DNA of 64,000 bases from Paraspadella gotoi (taxonomy: Eukaryota; Animalia; Chaetognatha): the NCBI GenBank assembly GCA_051294375.1, contig CM119271.1:7869649-7933648 (forward strand). Reading direction: 5' to 3'. The translations under genes were made by a program, and so were the position numbers. Positions 50,602 to 64,000 of the stretch are shown here, in pieces. Position 1 is the stretch's first letter. Each line of letters starts with the position of its first letter. The notes under the pieces are model-generated. The model saw only the letters and a program-made list of their open reading frames with translations. It ran no database searches and was not told where the DNA came from.

Positions 50602-53600
50602 TCTCCTCTGTCTCTCACACACACACACACACCACCCAATACGAGCTGTCTTTCAATATGTCGTCCATTTTCGCGCCGCCTGTCTCTAGATGCGTCTTGC
50701 CAATTTCTTTAACATTTCCGACAACTGCGTGCCATTTCCTCCGCCATCTATTTTTCTCTTGTTTCGCCATCATCAAATCTGCAACGTACGGGATCGAAAA
50801 AAGAGGTCAGAGAGATATATATATATATTATATATATATTGTTTCCTTGACCATGTTCACATGTCCATCATGCTCTTCATTTGTTCGTTTCAGCGTTCTT
50901 TAATTCCTTGGTTCATTTCTGTCCATCTATTCTATGGCCATCGCCTGTCGTTTAAGCTGTGCATTTGCTAAACTCCCTGTTTCATCTACCAGAAATTGGA
51001 AAAAGAATGGAATTAACCTTAGTAAGATTTCACATTTTGGATAAAGGACGAAGATGATGTGTCCTTGGCTCTCCTCACCCTGGCTGTGCTGCAGCCGCCC
51101 GCCGCCGCCGCCGCCGCACCCCCAATACCCAACCCTTCCAGGTCTTTCGCCTCTGGAACCTAATTGCCACCCATCGCGCATTGCTCTCGATGTCTTTGGG
51201 ATCGAATTCAAGTCAAATAAAATTTTGAAAAAAATTGCAAGAAATTAGGTTTAGAATTTGTGCTCGTTTTATCAAATATAAATCTCATATCATGTTGATA
51301 AAATTTTTTTTTCACCAGCCAGTTATCCTGCATCTCTTTGAGTTGAGCCCAGACGCTCCAAGATCGCCGTCAGGCCAAAGTCTTTAACAGATTTTTGAAG
51401 TCGGCCAACCTCGGTAGGGAAAAAAGGCAGGGGGGAACATATTGATAGACAACGCTTTTGATTGCCATCAAAGTCAGATTTTCTTGATCTGATAATCGAG
51501 TAGCTTATTCTTTCTACCTTATAATCCGCTGTCTATCAAAATGTCACCTCTGCCATCTCAGCTGTGTTAAACTTTGGCTCTTCCATCGCCATCTCAGGCT
51601 TTCGGGGTTAACCCACCCTTGCGTGATCTTCACCAATCTCCCCTTCCTGCGACATCATCTCACCCTTTTTCCCTGCCCATCTACCTGTCGGGGTTATCCA
51701 TGCCACCATCATCGCTCCCCTTTTCCTGCGCGGCTCACCGAGTTATCCATGCCATCTTACGATTGCATAGTCTGCCCTGTTTTCCCTGCGCGGCTCACTC
51801 TCGGGACTTCCTGCCAATTGACTCAAAAGCTCGTTGAGTTGCTTCACATCGCTTTCCGCTCACGAGGTCCCATTTTTCCTTGAAAAGGAATTTCGTTGGA
51901 GAATGTTTCTTCCCGCGTTTTTCAGGCATGTCCTTTTGTTTTTTTTGGTTTTTTGCAGTCTTTTTTTTGAAGGAGTGTATAGTTCAGTTTATTCCACGTC
52001 GGCTCGCAAGCAAACTGCAGCAAATGGCCTTCGTCACCTGTGCAGAGTGTGGGTTCGATCTTCTTCTTAAACTTGAAATATCTTGGCCATCAAGTCTTCC
52101 GAACAGATTCGAGTCGGGGCATTCGTTCAGGTGTCGGCGAACGAGAGGCGAGCTGCAGATAACACAACAACATCAAAGTTATCACCGGCCTTGAGAGCGT
52201 CCCCCCCTCAAAGAATGAAGATTATCTTTTGCCGAAGTCATTTTCGTTTATCCTTGTATTATATTTGATGGAAACTGGTGAAGGATGTACAATAATTACT
52301 AAGTTCTAATAGTAATAGTGTAACACTAAGCGGAAATATATCGCAATAGTTTCATAAAAACAGGTAAGCCAGGTTTGCTGTGGAGTTAAATAATTAGATT
52401 GTAAAGAGTCTTCATTGAAATCTTGCAGGGTGCTACTAATTATATATAATTAATTATTAATAATTAATTAATTATTATCTTATGCATTGGAAGCTTACGT
52501 TATAGGCTCTCCAAAGTCATTAGGGCAAGTTAGCTTGTCGGAACAAATTTTATCGAGAATGAATGGATTTGGAGAATCACACGCACTCACGGTCACCAGA
52601 CTCATTGAGACTCTTTTTGGAGCGCTTTGTTTTGGTCCTTCCTCTTTCGCTCTCCGTCGAGCTCGCGTCTGGGGAGTAAAAAAAATTGGAGAAGATTCAT
52701 TCGAGACGTTTAAGGGGCCGAGTTTTATATTGGTTTGAAAGTATTAAAACTTTATGAACTAATCGATGAGGTTAATATTTAATAATTTATAAATTAAATT
52801 AAATCTGACTAACCACTTGATTCTGAATCGTCCGCTTCCTCTTCTTCCTTTCTTTCTTTCTTTTCCTCCGTTCGTGCGTCGTGTCGATCGTCTCCTCTTC
52901 CTCTTGTTTCTTTCCCTTTCCTTCCTCTTCCTCTCCTTTCTTCGTCCTCGTTCGTCGTTCGTTCTCTTTCCTTCCCCTTTTCTTTCCCTTTCCTCCTCTT
53001 CCTCCTCCTACTCCCCCACTCTTCTTCATCTTCTGGTTCCTCCTCCTCCTCCTCTTTTTTTATTCTTCCCTTTTACTTCAAACTCTTCCTCCTCCTCATC
53101 AATCAGTTCTCCTCCTCCTCTTCCTCCTTTTTCTTTCCCTTCTCCTTTCCTACTCCTCCCTCTTTCTCTCTCGTCCTCCGTTCCTCGCATCCTCCTCGAT
53201 TCGACTCCTTTGTGTCATTTAGACTTCCCTTCCTCCCTCCGCGATGACGCATCGACGCCCGCAGAGAACTTGCTCTTTCCTCGTCTTCGTCACTCCCTTC
53301 TCCTCTTCTCTTCCTCTCGCGCCCGACTTTTTGCCACCTCATTCTTCCGCTTTCCCTTTCCTCGTGCAGTGCAATCTCCTTCGACCGATTCCTCCTCTCT
53401 ATCTTCCTCCGCCGCCTCTAGATCCTCGTACCCGCAGATTTCATATCCTGTTTCCTCGTCTTTCGTTCTCCTCCCTTCCTCCTCTCTTTTCTTCCTACCC
53501 CTTTCTTCCACCCTCCCTCTCCCCTTCCTTTCCTCGTTCATCATCTCTCCCCTTCCTCCTCCCTTTTTCTTCCCTCCTTCCCCCTTTCTTTCCTTCCTCC

Positions 53601-55219
53601 ACTTTCCTCTTCTTCACTTCTTTTCGTCATATATCCTCCCTTCGTCCTGCAAAAAAAAAAAAAAAACGAAATGGAACTTTATAAATTGAGCCGTGCATGT
53701 GACATTGGCGTACTGTCCCACTGCCCTAGGGAAAACCCGCCTATATAGATTGTCTCAGTACAGTACCTACAGGCTCTTACAGTACGGTAGTTCCCTCATG
53801 TCGTAACCTTCGGCCGTGACTTCCGAGTGGATATTCAGGCTCTGCCCGGCTGTACGGAGATAACTGGCTTGATTTCCCAACCTGTTACTTACCCTTGGGA
53901 AACGTAGAGGACGGGTCGTAAAGTTAGCAGATAGGACTATACCTCTCACAAATAGGACTGTTACTGTCTTAGTGTCTATATGATAAGCATTCTAGGCTAC
54001 CCAATCTCCATTATTTAAGGCATTTAACTCGGTTCCTTGATTTTGTTCTTCCACTGATCCTTAGATATTAGGATATTTCTTCACTTTTATAGTAATAATG
54101 TGTCGTGTGCACCATAAGAGACAGTCTTACTCTTAAGAACAATCTTATTCTTTGTGTGGTAAATGTTTATACCTATGTTGTAATAAATATATAATTATTT
54201 ATAGCTACCCTTTTTAGCATTTTCCTCCTTTTCCTCCACCACCATTTCTTCATCTCCTTCCTTGGGAAGCTATCGACTTTTGCCGCGTTTTCGTTTCGTC
54301 CACCCGGTATTCACATTTTGAAATAAATTGGATGAAGTTAACTGAAAGTTCTTTTTAAATTGAATTTTAAACGTGAAAAAGGGTTAAAAAACTAGACAAT
54401 GGTTTAGATTCAATGCCGAGGGTGCGACGAAGCGGTGCTTGAATTAAAATGGGGTTTCTGTAGTCGAAGGCTTCATACGATTAGATACCGGGATCGATCC
54501 CAAATTAAAAAACACTAGCAAACTAAGTTGCATTGACTCGGATTAGATGAGACGAGAAATTGTCGAAGCAAACAAATTGCCCAACGTACGAGTGACAAAT
54601 GAGCAAACGAATAACTCGTCGACAGCGAAGCCTGTCAGGAGAAATCGACTTTCTCTTTTCAATCGGTCGTCCCCGCATTCTTTGCCAAAGTCTTTCGCTT
54701 CTGAAGAGAGGAGAAAAAAGAAAAGTTGAAAAATTAAGTTCAAAAGATTTTTTACAATTTGCTGTTCACTAGCTAGGTTTGTTTTTTCTTTTTCTAATTC
54801 TTATCTCGTGATTAAAGGATAAGACTTATGATAAGGACTTATGATAGGATCCTATTCTATCTATTATCTTCCGCATTTCATCCTTCCCTCGCCACTTTCA
54901 CTCGCTTAATCCAGAGGGTCCATCGCTCGCTTTAATTTCCTTCGTGGAATTCCGGCCTTCCACCGTGGCAGCAATTGCTTTCCAGTTATAGACACAGTGA
55001 CCAATCCTCCTCCGCCAACGATGATCGTCGATCCTGAGAGAAAGGCTAACCCATTGCAAGCAAGCAACCATTGGAACCAACCCTGTCAAGCGCAGCCCCA
55101 CAGTGACTCATTCATGAAAGATCCAACTTTGGCAACCATGGTAATACGTGAGTACTACAACTAGTCGGTCTTTAGCAATGATAAAAATCATGGGATGGAC
55201 CTAAAATCACAACCGTCAC

Positions 55220-55372
55220 GGCGGCCATGGTGCGAGTGCAAGTCATTCGCTCCCAACCCCAAAAGTCCGGGGTTCTAAGCCGGGTGGGCGCCTAGCAGTT
55301 AAGAGGGACTGGCGCTAACCCGCGTAACATGGTGGTTAGGCTGATCCGAAGCTCAGGGACTGGCTTATATAA
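55220..55372 (+). mobile_element. Possible tRNA-derived SINE head
   Basis: ggcggccatggtgcgagtgc (A-box-like) and ggttctaagcc at 55271-55281 (B-box-like), at tRNA-like spacing. Too degenerate for a functional tRNA. Confidence 0.4.
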
Positions 55373-55399
55373 CGGTTTCTGTCATTAACTTTATCAATC

Positions 55400-55930
55400 A
55401 ATTACTGGGTCTCTTCAAAAATGTCAAAAATCTTATCTAAAGTTATCATGAGTGATAGGAGGCAGATGATAGAGTAGGCGTGGATTGATTGGTCGAATGG
55501 AGAAAGCCAAGAAAAGGCGGAATCGATGATTGATGTTTGGCAGATGCAAATCAAGAACCTTTCCGGATTCGGAGTGTTATTAACCCTAAATCTTATTTCG
55601 GATTCTCCTTTATAAATTGTGATTGATCGGAGGAGAGAGGCCGAGAAGACAACGAAAGAAAGTGAGTTTAGAGAAATTATTAAACCCAAAATTTGGATTT
55701 CGATAGTCCGTGCAGATTGACAGTCTTGATGGTAGGCCAATATTTACAACCAATAACCCCAAAATTATCATTTTTTCCGATAAATAAAAGCCCTAATCTC
55801 ACCTTCAGGGTCGCAGGTTCCAGAAGTATTGGACGCGTGAGGTGATTTTTTAAGGTTCATTTCATTCGTATATTCAAAGATAAATGACCATAGGGGTCGC
55901 AAGACTTTTCCCAATCAAAGCTCTCACAGT
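55400..55930 (-). mobile_element. Possible degraded Penelope-like reverse transcriptase C-terminal (thumb) fragment
   Basis: Mosaic translation across many frameshifts: YGHLSL.YTNE..SPHAS..., FIYRK.DNFG...VVN..., LGLIIS..., SDQSQFIKE. The motif order resembles the PLE palm-thumb region. Confidence 0.3.
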
Positions 55931-58254
55931 CTAGTTTATCAACGTCCGAGTGCCTGGAGCGTGTCGTATAATAAGTGAGTTTATGAGGTAATTAGGAAAT
56001 GATGTAGAATAGTAGATGAGAGTAAGTATAAAGTGAGAATAACTATATAGACATGTATAAGGATAAACTATAACGACATTTCACGTAACTTCTGCCTTCT
56101 TAATTCAAGGCTTCTCTCTTTCATTTGATACGAATTGTCTAGCTTTTATGTTTATCTCAATTAAGTTGGGATTCTCTCATCCTTACGTGCGATTTTTACG
56201 TTCAATTATCACTGCCCTCCTTTCTTCATCTCTGTCTATATAACTACGACTTTCACAAATCTGATCTTCCCCTCCAGCTCGGACCTCTGTCATCGTCACG
56301 CAATGACTCATGTCCGCAAACTTCGGAAACTAGAACAATTTAAAAACAACTGATAAACGTCAAGAAAAAACGAATAAAAAATGAAGAACACGAAACATAA
56401 AGAAAAGAAGAATGACTCAACCGTATATTACCAATCTGCCTTCCAGATCGAGTAGAGTCGCCGGCGATAAGAATTACTGGTCAGTCGAGAGGATAACTAG
56501 ACCTTAGTCTCGCCCGTGGTGCCCGGAAGTGGTCACGAGGAGGGTGTCGGGACCGACGCGGTTGTACCGAAGGAAAAAAGACTTTGAGAAAATATCTTTT
56601 CAATCGCTGGTTTTTAAGTCTTTGCTTGTCATAGCAAAATGAAAGATATTTCATAGATATATTGTTAATTCCATGACGAAAAACACTATATAAATCTCCT
56701 TATTATCCTTTAGCGAGGCAAAGACCAAAACAATTGAAATTCAAACTCCAAATCTTGCCAGATATTGANNNNNNNNNNNNNNNNNNNNNNNNNGAGTTCT
56801 CTGTAAAACTACGTAAAATATATTTTCTTTTTCTTCTCTTTTTTCTCTTCGTTTCATTTTAATTTCTTTTCATTCCTAACACATTAACACAAAGTGCCTC
56901 TATAAAACTTTCCCCAGTATGTATCCCTATCAGAACATACAATTCTACTGTGTAGTCTTGTCCTTATGGTAAAAATAAACATACAATATAACCTTAATCC
57001 CCCCAAAAAATTATCCCTTCCCATCCTTTTTGTTCGGCCTTGTAGATATTATGAGTTTCTCATTAATGATTTTCCAACGGGAATGATGTAAGATATCTAT
57101 TATTAGAAAACTGGAACAGAAAGTAATCTAACCTTGTGTTGTGTAGATGCATCCTCTATTTCCAGAAGACAACACTAACGTCCCCATCCCAAACAGATAA
57201 ATAATATTATATTTTAATATTTAACACAAAAATATTTTAACAATTAAATAAAATCATAAATAATAGTTGTTTTAAATCTAAAAAAATAAAAAATAAAGAT
57301 AGTGAAACAAGTAGTTTTGCAACTTTCATATAACCCTCCCAACTAAAACTAATGATTAAAAAAAAAAATTATCGAAAATCCCTTCAAGATGGAAAAAGAA
57401 AAAAAAAAGAAGAAATTCCCGCGCAAAAAAAAGAAGGAAAAAAAAAAGAAGAAGTGATGTAAAAAATTTGTCGTCAACTTTTCGGATCAGAATTTTTATC
57501 CACGCGAAATTTGACGCCCGACGATCGCACGAGTTCCTCCACCGCTAGGGGGGGGGNNNNNNNNNNNNNNNNNNNNNNNNNNNNNNNNNNNNNNNNNNNN
57601 NNNNNNNNNNNNNNNNNNNNNNNNNNNNNNNNNNNNNNNNNNNNNNNNNNNNNNNNNNNNNNNNNNNNNNNNNNNNNNNNNNNNNNNNNNNNNNNNNNNN
57701 NNNNNNNNNNNNNNNNNNNNNNNNNNNNNNNNNNNNNNNNNNNNNNNNNNNNNNNNNNNNNNNNNNNNNNNNNNNNNNNNNNNNNNNNNNNNNNNNNNNN
57801 NNNNNNNNNNNNNNNNNNNNNNNNNNNNNNNNNNNNNNNNNNGTCTTCGTTTCCTTGTTTGTTCAATGTATTAATGCTTATATATATATCATCTGTACAA
57901 GTTTCGGTCATCAGCCTCTAACCACGTCCGGTTCTGCTTCGACTTTTCGAAAAAAATGAGAATGACTGTGAAGTTCTGTGAGGAAAATGAGATTGGCTGT
58001 GAAATGCTGTGAGGAAAGAATACTTTCCACATATTCATACGTTCAACTATATTTTGAAAGGCTGTTGATGTCCTTAAAAAAGCCACCGGAGTGGGAAATG
58101 GATTTATTTTTAGGTGAACCTCGAGCAACGCAATCTATCTGCTTAGAATTTATGCCTATTTCGATCCGCTTGGCACTCCACCCGGAGAGAGGATTTTTTT
58201 TTTTTGGGGGGGGGCGAAAATAACGTCTCAAGTCTTAAATTCGAAATTTACTTT

Positions 58255-58305
<51 letters not shown>
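58255..58305. repeat. (TCG)n microsatellite
   Basis: Perfect run. Confidence 0.95.
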
Positions 58306-58306
<1 letters not shown>

Positions 58307-58313
58307 GGTTAAA

Positions 58314-60560
58314 GAGAAGAATTCCCACAATGTATTAATTCAAGAACTAAGTAAAGTGATTTATATGGAAAATTTAAAAAATCTGACGAGATTCGGACGC
58401 AACCAGATGTAAGTCAAAATAAGATATTCGTCAAACAACGTCACGTGATGATGTTGCGTCTCACATCAACAACAACAACAAAGACAATAACAACAACAAC
58501 AACACAAACGGGACTCCTCGAGGGTCTTCGTTTCTTTTTTGCGCGAAAGGTCAAATCAGAAAACGATTTTCGACAACGCACTCACTCTCTGTCATTCTCT
58601 CTCTCNNNNNNNNNNNNNNNNNNNNNNNNNNNNNNNNNNNNNNNNNNNNNNNNNNNNNNNNNNNNNNNNNNNNNNNNNNNNNNNNNNNNNNNNNNNNNNN
58701 NNNNNNNNNNNNNNNNNNNNNNNNNNNNNNNNNNNNNNNNNNNNNNNNNNNNNNNNNNNNNNGTTAACTTTTTTGGCAACTGCGAGGGCAAATGTTTGTC
58801 TGGTCGTAATTCTAGGGAAAAAGGGCATTTAATAATATATTTAAATAAAGATTAGAGAGTTAATTTGATTAATTAATTAACCATATCGATAGAAATAATT
58901 TGTTTCGATGTCACGTATTTTTTTCGAACCAATAAAGCTCGGGTGAGAAAAGTGAAAAGAAANNNNNNNNNNGGAACGAGGGAGAGGAAGTAGCGATGAG
59001 GGGTTTAGAAGATAGAGACCGCGGCGGTGGCGCCGGCGATTAAAAATGGCGCCGCAAAGAAAAATTTTAACACAGCGATCGAGATTTGGGATTGGAGCAG
59101 TTATTTTTTTGCGCCGCAATGTAGCTGATTGAAGAACGAATTCGACTTAATCATCATTCCCGGTTCCGATCGAAGATCGAGTCGTTTAGAGATGTGAAAA
59201 AATAGGAAACGAGAAAACGGGCGGGGGAAAATAAAAGTTGATGGCGACGGGAAGCGTGACGGCGGATTGAAACTCGTTCAAATCGATGTCCCGTTAAATC
59301 CATCGAAGTGGCGGCGTGGGTGGGAAATCAAGAGAAAAAAGTGATTGTTATGAAGAAGGACGCGGCAAAGGAAAGTTAGGGGGTTGAGGGAACGAGGATG
59401 AAAAAATTTAAATTTAGTCCAAATTTAAAGTCGTTTTTGTTGTTTGTTTTCTTTTACTTTTAATTTTTTAAAAAACATTGGAAAAAAAGTTTTCAGCGAT
59501 TTATTTTCGTGCTCTTTATCCTGGTTCTGTCGGATTTGTAGATCTGCCGCCTGTCTGTTTTATTTCGCTTTTTGTATGTCTCCGGTTTTCTCGTAAATCA
59601 GTGCGGTGGAGCACATCCTGGGTTTTTTTTGTTTAGATGTTCGACCAACACAATTGGCGTCACTCTGAAAAGGTATCCTAACCGGAAAGTAAAGTGACGA
59701 GAATGCGGGAAACTAATATATTGACGGAAGGGAAAATCTATACAGAGACAAAAATGAGGGTTAAAAAAAGGGACGAGAGATCTAGTAGGAGAAGAGAGGA
59801 AGGTGAACTTGAATCCTGAACGCGCCCGAACGGTCTCGTCCGCCATCCGTCCCTGTGGAGGAGGATGTGAAGAGGAGGTGAATGAGAAGGAGGGGTAATA
59901 TGACCCGCCGTCTGTCTCAATCACCTTATATACTAGAGAAGAATTCCCACAACGTATTAATTCAAGACACTAAGTAAAGTGTATTAATATGGAATAAATC
60001 TAAAAAATCTTTGCACGAGATTCGGACGCAACCAGATTGTAAGTCAAATAAGATATCGTCAAACAAACGTCCACGTGATGATGTTGCGTCTCACATCAAA
60101 CAACAACAACAACAACCAACAAAGACAAAAACAATAACAACAACAACACACACAAACGCGGGACTGCCATGAAGGGTCTTCGTCTTCATCTTTTTTAGGC
60201 GGAAAGGTCAATATCAGAATAACGATTTTCGACAAACGCACTGCACTCCTGTCATTCTCTCTCTCTCTGCTCTTCTGTCTCCTCCTCTCATTCTCTGCTC
60301 TCTCTCCTCTTCCTCTCCTCTCTCTCTCTCTCTCTCTCGTAAACTTTTTTGGCAACTGCGCAGGGCCAAATGTTTGCTCTGGTCGTAATTGCGTAGGAGA
60401 AAAAGGGCATTTTATAAATATATCAATACTAAAATTGAGATAGAGACTTAATTTACTTTAATTTAATTAAACCATTATCGATAGAATAAGTCTTCGTTTC
60501 GATGTCACTGTATTTTTTTCGAACCAATAAAGCTTCGGGGGTGAGAAAGTGAAAAAGAAA
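58314..60560 (+). repeat. Near-tandem duplication: 58314-58962 and 59935-60560
   Basis: Both start agagaagaattcccacaa and end aataaagct.cggg.tgagaaa.gtgaaaa. The second copy carries many single-base insertions. Confidence 0.9.
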
Positions 60561-60786
60561 AGTCCATCTCTCTCTCTCCCTTTTCCCTTCCCTCTCCTCT
60601 CTCTCTTCTCTCTTTTCTCTCTCTCTCTCTCTCGTCTCTCTCTCTCCTCTCTCTCTCTCTCTCCCCCGCGCCTTTCCGACGTCGAGCCTCGAAGGGTTTC
60701 CAATCACAGCTTTCTTCGCCCCTCTCGTCTTTCTTTCTCTCTCATCTCCCCTCCTCTCTTTTTCACTCTCTCATTTCTCCTTCCCA

Positions 60787-60819
<33 letters not shown>

Positions 60820-61423
60820 ATCTCTCTCCTCATCTCTCTCTCTCTCTCGCGCTCTTATGGAGCAAAAAGAGGGAAATGAGAAGAAAAAAGAATACAGAAA
60901 AGAAGAAAGAAAGAAAGAGATAGGGAAAGAAAAGGAAAAGCGAAGAAAAAAAAAATCCAATCCCGATTGTGACATTCATTTTCCGAACCTCACAGCCTCA
61001 CAGACTCACGACGCAGACTCTCTCACAACTTCGCGATTTTTTTCTCTCGATCCACTTCACTTCACGTTTATCGCCTTCACGCTCGTCCGAGTTTCAACCC
61101 TAGATTCACGCGGGAACTGACAGCGTCGGTCGTCGTCGTCTTCATTATCGTCGTCTTAGACGTCTATGTCGTTGTCGTCGTCGTTGTTGTTGTTGTCCAT
61201 GTTTTCAGCATCGTTGCCTTTGTCGTTTACTTAGTTTCAGGCACTCGAACCTATTTAAATACTTATTTAAATAATTAGCGATGTTTTTGTAACCTAATTT
61301 AATTGCTAAGGTTATTCACATCCCTGTGTCTCTCAGTCAACGATTACAACTCAGAAAACGAGTCACGTGAAAAGTGGAAAAATCTTTTCTAAAAAAATCT
61401 CCCTTTTCTTTTCTTTCTATTTT

Positions 61424-61475
<52 letters not shown>

Positions 61476-61914
61476 TTTTAATGAAAGATAAAATATAAAA
61501 TATAAAATAAAAAACAGGATATAAAAGAAAAAAAAGAATTAATTTTAATTTTTGTATAAAATTGCATTTTCCCTTTTTGATATAATAACTCTCAACGAAA
61601 TAACGCACACAAAGGATCTGTACTACTCGCATAAATTGTATATATTTAAATTTTAATGAAAAACACAGAAATAATTCTCGGCTCAAATTAATTTAGTGGA
61701 ATTTGTCGCGAGACAAAAAAAAGAAAGAAAANNNNNNNNNNNNNNNNNNNNNNNNNGATGGCCGGCGAGCGGGAAGCCGTCCGTGACGACAGAGCGCAGT
61801 GTCGGAACCGGTGCTGCGGGGAATCCTGATGGGGAAAGATGATGGAGGATAAAGATTAATGGGACATCGACATAGAGAAGCGACAGAAGTGCAAGTGCGC
61901 ACGAAACGACTGTA

Positions 61915-62221
61915 AAAAATTGATGTAATGAAGGAATGCACTCTAGAAATTGATGTACTACTGAGCATCGCATTAGAAAATTGAATGTTTACAGATGCAT
62001 TAGAAAATTGAGTTCTTAAGCGATGCATTAGAGACATCTGATGTTTAAGATGCATTAGCAAAATTGATGTACTAGAGATGCATATAAACAATTGATGTTC
62101 ACCCAGCAATGCATCTTAGAAATTGACTCCGTTTAAGAACCTGCCACTTAGAAAATTGCATGCTATAAGAGTTACCATAGACCAATGTGAGATCGTATAC
62201 AGATACATTAGAAAATGTGAT
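61915..62221. repeat. Degenerate ~26-bp tandem repeat (GATGCATTAGAAAATTGATGTTTAA-like), about 10 units
   Basis: The core gcattagaaaattga/aattgatgt recurs with variable linkers. Confidence 0.75.
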
Positions 62222-63639
62222 GGGGAAAGACACTAATGTTTATTTTACTCTGCGTCTCCTCTGTATTTTGAAGCGAGTAGCCTCATTCGAATTATAAATT
62301 TCTCTTTTAGTTTAAACTGCTTGAATTTTTTTTTCTATTTTTTATATTGAAGAACATATCACACATACAACATAAGAAAGTTATGGTCGTGTTTCTTCTC
62401 TCATATGGCATACATCTGGCATTAGAGTAAGTAAGACGTAAAATAATATTGTATCCTATGTAATCTAGTAATGTAGGTGAGACAAATGAAAAAATTACCC
62501 GAACGAAAAGAATCAAATCAAAGAAGAAAGAAATAAAAATCTTCCTGGATAAGTGAGGCAGCAAATGCAGTTGCGATTGCAGAATGATGCTGTAAACCTT
62601 GCTAAAAAACTTTAACAACAAGAGCTCGTTGCTGCAAGCGACGGAAGTAACAACGAACAACAACAGTACCACGACGACGACAAGCACAGAACGTGTCAAC
62701 GCCTTCTATATTATCAGGATATTTTTTTGTTTTGATCTGGGAAGAAAATCGGGAAAGCGGAAATAAAGAAGAGAGAAGAGAGAGAGAAGAGAGAGAGAGA
62801 GAGAAGAGTAGAAGGGTAGTGAAGAGACAGAGAGGAAGAGACGAGGTAGAGAGAAAGATGAGAGAGAGAGAGAGGAGAGAGAGAGAGTTCCCTCGCGCGA
62901 TTGAGAATTCATGCGTCGAAAACAAAAAGGCTGATCGATGAATGAATGAAACGAACATCTGTGCGAGAAACTGTGGGGGAATAACGAAGCACGGGCCATC
63001 CGTGTCGAGCTCTGAATAACAAAAGACTACCGGAATCGCCGCTTGGAGATTGAGCATAGGGAGACCCTGCTAATTAATAAAAACGCTGTTGACATGACGG
63101 TGATGGATGTAAGGAAGTATGTAAGCATGGAATGAAATGTAATTGTAGAATGGAATAAATATGAATGTTGAAACGAATAATGAATGAATGAAATGTTAAT
63201 GAATGAATATAATCATAAAAGAATAGAACAAAAAATCGATGCCTTGTTCTTGCAGACAAATTCCGCGCTTTTGTATCGTTTCGATATAGTCAACTCAAAT
63301 TAAATATAATAAAACTGTAATAAAATTAGCAGTTAATAATAAGCGGGGAAATTTAATATATATATAAAAAACGAGTTCTCACTATTATTTTTTTTCTCAT
63401 TCATTTTGATCGACGAATTGTTCAAGTTGTTGGCAGGCAAATAACAGACAATAAGCCACTTCCCCGACGCCAATTTTCTCATATATATATCGTCTCCTGC
63501 TTCTATCGGCATTCAGGGAAATTCTCTCTCTCTTTCTCTCTCTCTCTCGCCAAATTGCCTCCTTTTATTTCTTCCTCTGGATTTTTAGAACCGAAGCGGT
63601 AAATCAATTTACTGCCATAACCCGCCTTTTTTTGTTTGC

Positions 63640-63678
<39 letters not shown>

Positions 63679-64000
63679 TGCGTGGGAATGGGATTGGGTG
63701 ATTTTGCGCCAAACTTGGAAATCCATCAAAATGAATGAGAAAAAAAAATGAGGAGAACTTTTTTTAAAAAGTTAAATTTCCGCGTTTTATTAATTAATTT
63801 ATTAATTTATTAATTAATTTAGTGACTTAATCGAAACTCAAAAGGCGGCCTTTTTGTTGCAGACGAGGGGGAGAGGGAGAGAGAGAGAGCGAGGGAGAAG
63901 GGGGGAAAAGAAAAGAGTTTTGATTATATTGCTCGCTTCAAGGGAGTTTTACTTCGTTTCCAACCCACGACCCTTGAGAGAGAGAGAGAGAAGAGAGAGA

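Noticed and set aside
53698-54200. Possible solo LTR starting TGTGACA
   Set aside because: I could not identify a matching inverted 3' end with a TSD, a PBS, or a second LTR.
55220-55292. Functional tRNA gene
   Set aside because: The A and B boxes deviate from consensus and no clean cloverleaf could be folded. Kept only as SINE-like.
61915-62221. Repeat with variable linkers resembling a CRISPR array
   Set aside because: The linkers are only about 10 nt and are noisy variants of one another, so it is a degenerate tandem repeat.

Overview
This is eukaryotic (invertebrate-like) genomic DNA, very rich in simple repeats ((GA)n, (TCG)n, (CAT)n, (TTTC)n), with many N gaps. Several duplicated blocks differ mostly by single-base indels, which points to noisy long-read patching. 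Most ORFs in the track are microsatellite or N-gap artefacts. The one credible host coding piece is a minus-strand IgSF exon (ISDVRAEDEGWYKCEVTYMNR, 6748 downward), in which an acidic 17-aa (51-bp) in-frame tandem repeat follows the F-strand Cys. The main mobile structure is a ~10.3-kb unit (7740-18088) bounded by ~480-bp imperfect inverted repeats, each abutting TTAA (Kolobok-like ends). It contains a tandemly duplicated DD35E Gypsy/Ginger-type integrase remnant fused to a Helentron-like (HINE) fragment, plus a nested MULE-like element carrying an orientation-switching minisatellite. Other elements: an internally deleted Tc1 relic, a 310-bp MITE, further HINE-like elements, an A-B-A(inverted) structure at 37.9-39.8 kb whose B block recurs nearby, and weak SINE-like and Penelope-like remnants. 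All family assignments come from by-eye motif recognition; no database searches were run.
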